The notes under the pieces were generated by a model. It worked only from the letters and a program-made list of their open reading frames with translations, had not been told where the DNA came from and searched no databases. DNA of 64,000 nucleotides from positions 1,376,001-1,440,000 of the forward strand of contig CAWBOS010000010.1 in the NCBI GenBank assembly GCA_963790475.1. Direction: 5' to 3'. The stretch comes from an uncultured delta proteobacterium. GTDB lineage: Bacteria > Desulfobacterota > RBG-13-43-22. Positions within the stretch are counted from its first letter, which is position 1. Each line of letters begins with the position of its first letter. Shown piece after piece: positions 1-8,226 of this stretch. A program made the translations under genes and the position numbers.

Positions 1-536
1 GTGATGTCCACCGCGTAGCGCATGGAAAGGTTGGTATTCGCTCCCTGGTGCTGTGCCGCGCCATAATGATAGTTCATGAGAGAACTCCGCCGACCGTTAC
101 CGCCTTCAAAAACAGTATATACCCCATTTCTGAAAGGAAAGGCGAGATGGACAGGCGGCTCGCCGTAAAAATAAGACCGGAAGGCACCCAGCACAAAATA
201 GATCAGGACGGCTGAGATGATTATCCCGGCTCCATAACCAAGCCACCCTGAAAATGGAGGCGGTACGAAAAAAGGCAGATTCCTTACCTGAAAAAACGAC
301 CGGATAATAGTCGCGGCGGCCAGAATAAGAAGAAGGTAGCGCAAATAAAAGCCGGCAAAGACCCATGAACCCATAAGGTAGACGAAGGTCATATAGGAAA
401 ACAGAATCAAGGCCTGGATTACCCAAGATAGTATGCTGGAGTAACATCTGTTCCAGGTCCACAGAATCAAGATAATAGGAATGACCCAATGAAGGAGGGC
501 AATCAGGGCAACGGCTGTGAGATGACTGAAACGCAT
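1..536 (-). CDS. Membrane-anchored M23-family peptidase-like protein (5' part; runs off the window)
   Basis: Not in the ORF track because it has no stop in the window. ATG at 536 after AAGAAGGAAG. Manual translation MRFSHLTAVALIALLHWVIPIIL... gives about 4 TM segments, then HLAFPFRNGVYTVFEGGNG..MNYHY..RYAVDI, typical of the start of an M23 domain. Confidence 0.6.
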   Translation of the reverse strand, partial: MRFSHLTAVALIALLHWVIPIILILWTWNRCYSSILSWVIQALILFSYMTFVYLMGSWVFAGFYLRYLLLILAAATIIRSFFQVRNLPFFVPPPFSGWLGYGAGIIISAVLIYFVLGAFRSYFYGEPPVHLAFPFRNGVYTVFEGGNGRRSSLMNYHYGAAQHQGANTNLSMRYAVDI

Positions 537-700
537 GCTACTTCCTTCTTATAAATTTTGACTGGGGAGGCTTTTGTGAATGCCTGTTTCTGTGAGCCTT
601 GATGGAGTGAAACTCAACGCTCTTGGCTGCTGGAGGGATTTTAGACAATCAGCCGACTTAATCTTCACCCACTTATTAAAAAGAACAGATAATAGATTAC

Positions 701-806
701 TTTCACCGCAGAGACCCAGAGGTCGCAGAGAAGAATATTTTTTGCTTTCCGTGTTCTTCGCGTCTCGAACGAGTCACGCCTCTGGCGTGACGAGTGAGCG
801 ATGAAA
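701..806. repeat. Palindromic intergenic repeat (TTCACCGCAGAG...GATGAAA family)
   Basis: Shares ends with the copy at 38361-38554 and has the internal hairpin GTCACGCC-TCT-GGCGTGAC. Confidence 0.55.
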
Positions 807-881
807 AAATGTGCACCTCTGCCTAAGGCTCACCTTAATGGGAGCGATGCAGTGGTGAGAAGAGGGTAAGAAAGGATCGAT

Positions 882-1100
882 TTATTTTTTGGCAGCGGCT
901 CGCTTTTTTTTCATGGGTGTCCGGCAGCACATCAAATCTATCGTCTGGCAGCCGCAGTCATCTTCCAAAACGACCACCAGCCCGCAGTCACTGCAGGCAT
1001 ACTTGCTCCCGGCCCGGGAGGCTTTTTTAGGAGCGGCCTTTTTCGCGACAGCTTTTTTAGGGGCAATTTTTTTAGCAACCGGTTTCTTGCTCATAGCCAT
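882..1100 (-). CDS. Small Lys/Ala-rich protein with a desulforedoxin-like Cys domain
   Basis: GGAG SD before ATG at 1100. KKPVAKKIAPKKAVAKKAAPKK repeats are followed by YACSDCG-x8-CGC-x6-CCRTPM. Confidence 0.75.
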   Translation of the reverse strand: MAMSKKPVAKKIAPKKAVAKKAAPKKASRAGSKYACSDCGLVVVLEDDCGCQTIDLMCCRTPMKKKRAAAKK

Positions 1101-1418
1101 TTTATTATCTCCTTCCACAAATTTTAATTATTTTTATTGTGTAGCAAAATGAAGAATGTTGTCAAGAAATTATTTAATCAATTATTCATTCATCTCCCGG
1201 CCGGGAATCTCCCCCCTACCGCTTGGCTCGCATCGATGATTGATAGGCCAGACCTGATTTGGAACGGAATATCGATTGGCTCGCGGTATCGGTGTTCTGC
1301 TTAGAACCTTTTTTGGGGGGATAAAGGGGCACTTTAAGATTCTTTTTACCCCAACTTTTTAATGGAATTCTTTGAGATTTCATCCCTCCGGGCTGGTCCC
1401 GCCCCCGTTGCCCCGATT

Positions 1419-2222
1419 TTAACTCTCCCCCGTACAGCTATTCCGGGACACGCGTTCGGCGGGATCTTGACGGTAGTATTCCTGCAAAACACGATAAAGG
1501 TCCGGTGCATGCTTAATCATTAACCGCGGTTGATCGAAGAATTGTTCTGTGGCGACGGCGAAAAATTCCGCTTCGCTAATTGCACCGTAAGCATTGAGGA
1601 AAGATTTCTTGCCCTTTTCGGTGTCGTGTTTGAGACGTAGATATTCACGCGAACAGGTCAGGACCCAGTCACGGTATTCATCCCGGTCGCGCAGTGGAGG
1701 TGTACCGTCGGCCGCGCCGTTGAGCATGTCCAGTTTATGGGCGAATTCGTGGTAAATAACGTTGTGACCAGACTCAGGATGGCGCCCTCCGCGCAGGGCG
1801 GCATCCCAGATAATAATTACCGGCCCCCGCTGGAACGCCTGCCCGATAATGGGATGCTCAAGCTCCACCGGTGCGAAGGTATTTTCAAAAAAACCTGGCT
1901 TGCGTTGAGGCGGAACAACGGTAGAGGGATAGACGATGATGGATTCGACATTACGATAGTAGTTGTGGGGCAGGCCCAGAACAAGAAGACAGGCCTGAGC
2001 GGAAATCGTGACGCGGATCTCGTCGGTAAGGTCCAGTCCCCCAGCTCCTTCCCAATTTTTTTCGGCAATAAATACCTGGATCAGGGCGCGCAGGTGAGCA
2101 CGCTCGACATCTTCCAGCATGCAGTAGTGGGCCACGTTACGGCGGATTATGTCCTCCCATAAGGAAGGGAAAGGTGCCTGGATGAGCTTATTTCGGCGAC
2201 GATCGCTAAACCAATGAAACAT
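1419..2222 (-). CDS. MtfA-like zinc-dependent peptidase (M90 family)
   Basis: NVIYHEFAHKLD HExxH motif and YGAISEAEFFAVATEQFF. Confidence 0.9.
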   Translation of the reverse strand: MFHWFSDRRRNKLIQAPFPSLWEDIIRRNVAHYCMLEDVERAHLRALIQVFIAEKNWEGAGGLDLTDEIRVTISAQACLLVLGLPHNYYRNVESIIVYPSTVVPPQRKPGFFENTFAPVELEHPIIGQAFQRGPVIIIWDAALRGGRHPESGHNVIYHEFAHKLDMLNGAADGTPPLRDRDEYRDWVLTCSREYLRLKHDTEKGKKSFLNAYGAISEAEFFAVATEQFFDQPRLMIKHAPDLYRVLQEYYRQDPAERVSRNSCTGES

Positions 2223-2316
2223 TGAAATTTCCTAATGTTCTTTTACTTTCGGTAACTGGGGTCGAACCCAATGCCGTTAATTTTCGGCAAAACATATATG
2301 GTGTCCCCGGATTTGC

Positions 2317-2356
2317 ACCGGGCCCTCAGCGCTCCGGTGAAATGACTTAGTTAGCA
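2317..2356 (-). other. Truncated attC-like site downstream of the HNH-like gene
   Basis: Minus strand reads TGCTAAC-TAAGTC-ATTTCAC-CGGAGCGC-TGAG-GGCCCG-GTG. The R' box is missing and replaced by a REP-like AAATCCGGGGACACCATA motif. Confidence 0.55.
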
Positions 2357-2386
2357 TTTCAATCCTCAATCATCTTAGGAATTTCA

Positions 2387-3121
2387 TTAGATTCTGCTGA
2401 GCGCTTTGTCAAGGGTGCCGGATTTTTTCCATTCTCTGAACGTTCTCTCAAAAAATATTTTCGATGCAGCATTCTCGATCATCAAAGGCAAAACCCCATC
2501 TAGTCCAAGGAACATTTTTTCTGTATGTTGCAGCTGTCTCAAGTGGCTAGAAACAAAAAACACCCATGTCATACCTGCCATTATGAATATGTAGCAATGG
2601 TGGCCATCAAATTTTGACTCTTGAGGGAGCATCATCATTTGACTCGTCAAATCAAAATACGACGGTGTAAAAATGATAAGACAACCATAGTCAGCAGGCG
2701 CACCCGGATTATTTTGTTCTATCATGCAACGTAGCTTTTCTTCGTGTGGTCCTAAATTGACATTGGAGAATTGTTGCAGTCCGGACACTCCAGCACGCCA
2801 TATTAAAGAGAGCTGAAATAGTTTAAATTTTTTATAATCAACATCATAAACCATGATCGTCTCTTGTCGTTTTTCAACACCCATCTCGGTGCCACCAACC
2901 AAGACTTGGGCCGCGTATGTTTCCCATTTGTTCAGCTTATCCTCACAATTCCTACAAAGCAATTTTTCCTTAAAACCTTTTTGCCACTTTCTCACTTTTG
3001 GTGGGCCAGATAGCTGGACGAACTTATGCTTTTCTTTGCTGTACAAAGTCTTGTAAAGGAATTCAGGAATAATGTGTGAAGCGCAAAGCTCGAAAGTTTG
3101 AAGGCATAATCTGCATGTCAT
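2387..3121 (-). CDS. HNH-like zinc-binding endonuclease-family protein (gene cassette)
   Basis: CRLC-x8-SHIIP ... LLCRNCE motifs; lower GC than neighbouring genes. Confidence 0.65.
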   Translation of the reverse strand: MTCRLCLQTFELCASHIIPEFLYKTLYSKEKHKFVQLSGPPKVRKWQKGFKEKLLCRNCEDKLNKWETYAAQVLVGGTEMGVEKRQETIMVYDVDYKKFKLFQLSLIWRAGVSGLQQFSNVNLGPHEEKLRCMIEQNNPGAPADYGCLIIFTPSYFDLTSQMMMLPQESKFDGHHCYIFIMAGMTWVFFVSSHLRQLQHTEKMFLGLDGVLPLMIENAASKIFFERTFREWKKSGTLDKALSRI

Positions 3122-3161
3122 AATCGAATCCTATTGCCCTACTCATATTAGTGCTAATTAG

Positions 3162-3292
3162 TGCTAACGGCTGAGTTCACAGGGTTGGCGGATTAACACG
3201 GTGGACCTTGACTGACCGAGAGCGACCATTCGAAGCGAACAACATTGAAAAACCAGACGGCGAGCCAACTCCGGTGGGACGATTTGTTTGCT
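3162..3292 (-). other. Integron attC site (131 bp)
   Basis: Minus strand reads AGCAAAC-AAATC-GTCCCAC-CGGAGTTGGC...GCCAACCCT-GTGAAC-TCAGCC-GTTAGCA, an R''-L''-stem-L'-R' layout directly after the stop at 3309. Confidence 0.75.
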
Positions 3293-3308
3293 GGTGTTAG
3301 CGTCCTCG

Positions 3309-4736
3309 TCAAGAATGTGATTCCTCACTCTCGGTGACAGGTTTTTCCGTTGTAGGTGCTTCTGGGTCGTTTTCCTGTTGTTTGGTTGAGTCGTCGTCTT
3401 TTGACTCTTCTTTCCTGGGTTCCTCTTTTGGCAATTGGGGCACCTTGCGAACGTAAGGTCGCAGCCCCTCGACGACACTTCTGTAAAAATCTTCGACCCC
3501 TCGATCTATACCCTCCAAAACGGGCGCTGTGGAACGCGCTTTTCCTTTCCGAAGACCAATCGTCCACTTGAGGGAAAAGGAGCGAGGCGACGCTTTGCTC
3601 AAGCTCTGACCGTTGTTGTCCCAGAGCAATCTGTCGACCCCCTCTTTTTTCAAATCTCCAATTTGCGCCTGGGAGCATAGCCCCCATCCCCAATCGATTT
3701 GGAACACGAGATCACCTGGTACATCCTCTGAGTTTAGCTGCCTGAGCATCCACTTTATTCGTGTTATGGCTTTACCCTCCATTGGTGCCTTTACCTCGAT
3801 AGAGTACTGCACCGACCGAGCTGCGAGGAGTACGACAACCGACAAATCTCCGGCAGCGTCCGGAATCCTGAGTACGCCCGAAAGTTCGCCTTTTTTTATT
3901 GCAGCATCATGCAGATTCTTAATGTACTTCCCATAGTCGTTTTGCTCGGGTTTGGAGGTTTTGAGTTTGACACCAGCTCCCAGCCTCGCGCGTAAACGGA
4001 GAGCGACCTTCCTCAAGAAAGCATCCCAGCGTTGGACAACGTCAAGCAGTTCGCTCTTACACGCGCCAAGATTGCCTTCATGCGCAAATAGAAGAACTTT
4101 GTTCCAGTGCTCTCCCATTTGGGGAGGCTCGATTATGCGGGACTGAGGATCGGCGACGTAGCGGATCCACTCCTCCAACATCCATTGCTGGTCAGCATCC
4201 GCGACTCTATTGTCACGGCGCAGCAGTTGTGCCTCGCTGAGCAGCCTCTCCCAAGAAAGATGGAAGACGGGGACTTTCCTAAGCCTAAAGCTATTGAACG
4301 TCAACTCAGGCGGAAGACCGTTTGCCAACGCTGACTGATTACTAATCGTGATCAAAGCATCGATGTCCTGATCACCTGCCAAAGTGTGATAGCAGTCGAA
4401 CTGGTCTTGCTTCAGGGAATTGTCTCCGACCTTGACTTCAACGAGGGCGGTCCAACCGGTTTTCCCTTTTTTGACTCGAAAAACTCCATCGGGCCGCTCC
4501 TCTCGCGATGTTGCTCCAGTCTGGACCTTGAAGGGTACCTCTGTATAACAACTAAGCTTTCCGACCGGCCCGCCGGCTATTGAGACAATGGCCCGACCGA
4601 ATTCTGTGACGGCGCGTGCCACAGCCAGCAATGACGCTGTCGCCCGGAGTTCCGCTTCTTGATCGGTGCTAATATGGTGGCACGGAAACAATCGTACTTC
4701 ATTGCCGGAAAGAAGTTCATCGTGCAAAGCCATCAT
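3309..4736 (-). CDS. PD-(D/E)XK nuclease-like 'stress response' protein
   Basis: RPDG...ALVEVK motif, ALITISN, and an acidic tail. AGGAGG SD precedes ATGs at 4736 and 4733. Confidence 0.7.
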   Translation of the reverse strand: MMALHDELLSGNEVRLFPCHHISTDQEAELRATASLLAVARAVTEFGRAIVSIAGGPVGKLSCYTEVPFKVQTGATSREERPDGVFRVKKGKTGWTALVEVKVGDNSLKQDQFDCYHTLAGDQDIDALITISNQSALANGLPPELTFNSFRLRKVPVFHLSWERLLSEAQLLRRDNRVADADQQWMLEEWIRYVADPQSRIIEPPQMGEHWNKVLLFAHEGNLGACKSELLDVVQRWDAFLRKVALRLRARLGAGVKLKTSKPEQNDYGKYIKNLHDAAIKKGELSGVLRIPDAAGDLSVVVLLAARSVQYSIEVKAPMEGKAITRIKWMLRQLNSEDVPGDLVFQIDWGWGLCSQAQIGDLKKEGVDRLLWDNNGQSLSKASPRSFSLKWTIGLRKGKARSTAPVLEGIDRGVEDFYRSVVEGLRPYVRKVPQLPKEEPRKEESKDDDSTKQQENDPEAPTTEKPVTESEESHS

Positions 4737-4975
4737 GATCCTCCTTGGTGAGTATTGGCGCTCCCCGCAGCGGAGCGCCAAGTTATTCTAAAGTTTTCCG
4801 TATATCTCCACAACCCAGGATATTTTCCCAGGGTAATACGGCGCCCCCAAATAATAGGGTTTGGAGTTTGGCTACCAAAGAAAGACATATGTCCTAAGAC
4901 TTTAGGTGTTTTATTGAGTGGATCTTTTGAGATATGGATCTGGGCCATGAATCTCCTTAAGATCTTAAGAAAGGG

Positions 4976-5119
4976 TGAGACCTTTGAAAAATGCCCCCTT
5001 TTGCTCAATCTCTGTGTCAGGCTCAAATTTCAATCCTCGAAATATTACATATATTCCTGTGGTTGAAATTTTCGCCTTTCTTGACCTTGACCAAAATTGA
5101 ACATTTTTCAAAGGTCTCA
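4976..5119. mobile_element. MITE with IS5-family-like ends (144 bp)
   Basis: Perfect 18-bp terminal IR TGAGACCTTTGAAAAATG / CATTTTTCAAAGGTCTCA; no transposase. Confidence 0.75.
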
Positions 5120-5354
5120 AGGTATTTGAAAGATAAAGACTGAAGGGAATTATAGAATATAACCGGCTAATTTGCAAAGAGATATTTTAAATGAAGGTTA
5201 TCTGCGGTTTGGGCCAGTTTTTTATCAAGAGTCCAGACAGATCGGACGGTCAACTAAAATCATATTGGGACAATGTACCATTTCCCATTATGACATTTAT
5301 AACTACTGGGGATATAATTCTTTCCTATCAACTTAATATTCAGGAGAACATTCT

Positions 5355-5630
5355 ATGTCCGAAATCAATCTTTTGAAGACCGACCATCGAGGCCGGGTTA
5401 CCCTTCCTGGCCCTTTTCGAAAAGAACCCTTATTTGAATACCTTATTGACGGGGAACAAATCATTCTTTATCCCGTCCGAACTGTTCGTAAATACCCGGA
5501 TATGTCTGACCTTCCCGGAGAAAATCTTACTCTCGAATGGGAAAAAAGAGAACAAAAGGTAAACAGGGATACCCGCAAAGGGATACGCGCCGCCTCTGCC
5601 TCGGACGCTCTGAAAAAACTAAGGAAATAA
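5355..5630 (+). CDS. AbrB/MazE-like antitoxin
   Basis: AGGAG SD; TDHRGRVTLP...IILYPV swapped-hairpin motif. Confidence 0.65.
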   Translation: MSEINLLKTDHRGRVTLPGPFRKEPLFEYLIDGEQIILYPVRTVRKYPDMSDLPGENLTLEWEKREQKVNRDTRKGIRAASASDALKKLRK

Positions 5631-5636
5631 CCCTCG

Positions 5637-5784
5637 ATGCCCACTAAAGTTCCCCCGTTTCGGTTGATTTTTGAAGCTGTTTTTCTTGAGAGTTATGAGG
5701 ATAACCTTTGAGTATGGCCCTGAACCTGGAATGATTGCTTTTCGTAATTGCGGTCATCATGATTCCAGTGAAAGAAAAATTTGA
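5637..5784 (+). pseudogene. Internally deleted RelE/YafQ-superfamily toxin
   Basis: MPTKVPPFRLIFEAVFLESY is joined out of frame to RITFEYGPEPGMIAFRNCGHHD, the usual C-terminus of such toxins. Confidence 0.6.
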
Positions 5785-5940
5785 TCCAATCTGATTTCTT
5801 AGAATGAATAAAAAAGGCCCTTTTCAAACCATTGGAAAAGGACCGTTGATCTTCTTCTTATCCTCCCCGGGTTGGTGTTAAAGACAAAAAGAAAAGAAAA
5901 ATTAATGACGTCGATTGCCCAGGGGTCGGCGTATTCCGAG

Positions 5941-6279
5941 CTAAACAAAGGTGGCCGGTTTTACATTAAATTTCTTGGCCAATATTCTTATGTGATTCAG
6001 GTTAAAAGGCCTTTTACCATTTAGCAATTCGGAAACAGTGGATTTGCCGCCCAAAATACCGGCCAGATCCTTTTGCTTTATTCCGTTTTGATCCATCATG
6101 AATTTTAATATTTCAATTCCGGAGGCTTCCGGGAATGAAGTGAGGGACTCTTCATACTTTTCAATCAGAATTGTCAGAGTTTCGGCATAATCGGCCAAAT
6201 CTCCTTCGGTTTCGTCAAAAACCACCTCCATGGATTTCAAGGCCTCCTGGTATTCTTCTTCATTTTTTATGACCTTCAT
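5941..6279 (-). CDS. higA: HigA-like HTH antitoxin (orphan)
   Basis: IKNEEEYQEAL...LIEKYE...KSTVSELLNGKR...LAKKF. Confidence 0.8.
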   Translation of the reverse strand: MKVIKNEEEYQEALKSMEVVFDETEGDLADYAETLTILIEKYEESLTSFPEASGIEILKFMMDQNGIKQKDLAGILGGKSTVSELLNGKRPFNLNHIRILAKKFNVKPATFV

Positions 6280-6359
6280 AAGTCTGTGCCCTTTTGAGGT
6301 TCTTAGAATCCTATAGCAGCTTATTCAAAATCGATTCCGTAGTCTCCATCGTCAAATGA

Positions 6360-6680
6360 TCATCCAGAGTGCATCTCGCCGATTTTTCCCCTATTTCTAA
6401 GGTGACGTTCCGGAATCTTTTTCAACGCATCTCCTATCTCAATCTCTGCCAGGTGCAGTTCATAATTTTTTTGTAGGTTTATCCAAATATCCGGTCCCGT
6501 GCCAACCCAGCGACCGAGACGCAAGGCCGTGTCTCCGGTAATGCCCCGTTTGCCACGGATAATCTGAGTAAGCCGGTTCGTCGGTACACCCAGTTCTTTA
6601 GCCAGTTCGTTGGCACTCATACCAAGTGCCTTTAACTCGTCAGCCAGGTGTTCCCCCGGATGAATGAGAAGCCTTCCCAT
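6360..6680 (-). CDS. higA: HigA/VapI-family addiction-module antidote (orphan)
   Basis: HPGEHL...RGITGDTALRLGR..GTGPDIWINLQ; AGAGG SD before ATG at 6680. Confidence 0.85.
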   Translation of the reverse strand: MGRLLIHPGEHLADELKALGMSANELAKELGVPTNRLTQIIRGKRGITGDTALRLGRWVGTGPDIWINLQKNYELHLAEIEIGDALKKIPERHLRNRGKIGEMHSG

Positions 6681-6699
6681 ATTTAAACCTCTAATCGTA

Positions 6700-6967
6700 G
6701 AGCTTTTGCAAAAGTTCCTTGACGTCATTCTGGAGAAGAGACTGTGTCACAATTGAAGTTATGTCATTCCATGCGAGCGAAGAAGCGCGATTCGGAATTC
6801 AGTATTTTCATTAGGTTCTGGATACCGGCTTTCGCCGGTATGACGGCTTTGATGGCACTTTTATTAATTACGACACAGTCTCGAAAGCTGGAATCCAGTC
6901 GTTTCAATGCATTCTGGACACCGGCTTTCGCCGGTGTGACGAAATTTGAGGGATTTGCAGGAACCTC
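6700..6967. mobile_element. Nested MITE/REP-like elements (inner element 6738-6882)
   Basis: Outer ends GAGCTTTTGCAAA / TTTGCAGGAACCTC. Inner IR GAGACTGTGTCACAATT / AATTACGACACAGTCTC is flanked by a GAA duplication. Both elements carry CCGGCTTTCGCCGG hairpins. Confidence 0.75.
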
Positions 6968-7056
6968 GTTATTTTTCATTTTCCACATCAAGCAGATTAT
7001 ACGTTATACGTTAATGGTACAGCTTATTTCTTTTAATAGGGTTTGCTCTGTGCGAT

Positions 7057-7986
7057 TCAAGCATATTTCTTTAAGGCCTTCTTTAATTCTTCTTTAACCC
7101 CTTCCCTCAATTCCGGCGGTGAAACCACCTCCACATGGGGCAGCCAGCGATAGATCCAGGGGGTGATCCCCTCCAGGCCGTTGACCGTAAACCTGAGTTC
7201 CAGACGGCCGTCCTTAAGGATTCGCTCCCGCTGGCTCTCATGCCACCGCTTTCTTTGCAGATAAGGGCGGCTCTCAACATCGAACCTTAGGACAACCTCC
7301 TCCGGTTCCCCGTCCACCACGGTCCCAAAGGCCCCGGAAAGCTCTTCCTCCGGAGCGATGTTCCTGGGGATGAAATGTTCCTCCAAAACCTTCAAGCCCA
7401 TAATCCGGTCCAGAGCAAAGGTCCGGACATCCTCCCGCAGGTGGCAATAACCCCGGAAGTACCAGAAATCCTCCTCGAAAAAGAGATAATAAGGATCCAC
7501 TTTCCGCTTGGTCTTTTCGTCGGAATAGAGGGGCCGATAGGTCATCTTAATTTTCCGGAAATTCATGATGGCCTTATGGATAATTCCGATATGTCCGGCC
7601 ACCTTCTCGGGCAGAGGTCCTCCGGAAAGGACAATGTGCCGGGGGAGCTCCGGCTTTTTGACCGAGAGTTTTTCTTCGATCCGTTTCATACTGTCTTCCC
7701 AGCCGCTGCCCATGCCGGCCATCATCTTCCGGGAGATGCCCAGAGCCAATGTTTCATCCAGGGACAAATCCGGCCTCTTCAAACTGTAGCCTTCCATAAA
7801 CCGATATCCTCCTTGTTCTTTATCAAAAACGATGGGAAACCCTGCCGCCTGTACGGTGGTCAGATACCGAAAAACCGTCCTCTCGCTGACACCCAGTTCT
7901 TCCTTCAACAAATCGACCGTCACCTTTTCCCCCCGGCTGTCCAGTTTATTCAGGATCAGCATCAGCGAATCGAATTTATAGGACAT
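7057..7986 (-). CDS. HTH-WYL-WCX transcriptional regulator (PafC/YafY-like)
   Basis: GVSERTVFRYL HTH, RKVDPY, WYFRGYC, RTFALDRI and VEVVSPPELR. Confidence 0.92.
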   Translation of the reverse strand: MSYKFDSLMLILNKLDSRGEKVTVDLLKEELGVSERTVFRYLTTVQAAGFPIVFDKEQGGYRFMEGYSLKRPDLSLDETLALGISRKMMAGMGSGWEDSMKRIEEKLSVKKPELPRHIVLSGGPLPEKVAGHIGIIHKAIMNFRKIKMTYRPLYSDEKTKRKVDPYYLFFEEDFWYFRGYCHLREDVRTFALDRIMGLKVLEEHFIPRNIAPEEELSGAFGTVVDGEPEEVVLRFDVESRPYLQRKRWHESQRERILKDGRLELRFTVNGLEGITPWIYRWLPHVEVVSPPELREGVKEELKKALKKYA

Positions 7987-8022
7987 TTTTCCTCCTGTTC
8001 GGAAATTAAAATATCTTATCAG

Positions 8023-8042
8023 ACTGACAGCATTGTGTCAGT
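8023..8042. promoter_or_regulatory. Palindromic operator ACTGACA-N6-TGTCAGT (probable WYL regulator site)
   Basis: Perfect 7-bp inverted repeat about 36 bp upstream of the WYL gene start. Confidence 0.6.
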
Positions 8043-8064
8043 AGGAATTAAAAAAAAAACGGAG

Positions 8065-8104
8065 CCGTAATTCAATTTAAATATTTCCGTCACACTCCCG
8101 TAAC
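8065..8104 (+). promoter_or_regulatory. Pho boxes upstream of phoB
   Basis: CCGTAAT / TTTAAAT / CCGTCAC / CCGTAAC at exact 11-bp spacing. Confidence 0.7.
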
Positions 8105-8226
8105 AGGAAAATGATTAACTTAACCTCAAGAGGATTCGAGGATTCAAATAAGAACCTGCCAAGTTACAAAAATAGGTTCTTCTCTCAACAAGTTGGGGGT
8201 GAAATCCAAGAAATAAACCGTAGACA

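Noticed and set aside
106-489. 127-aa minus-strand ORF in the track
   Set aside because: It is an alternative frame of the real gene starting at 536, which has an SD and a coherent TM plus M23-like sequence.
6744-7097. ORFs containing WIPAFAGMT / VIPAKAGIQ
   Set aside because: These are translations of REP-like palindromes, not genes.
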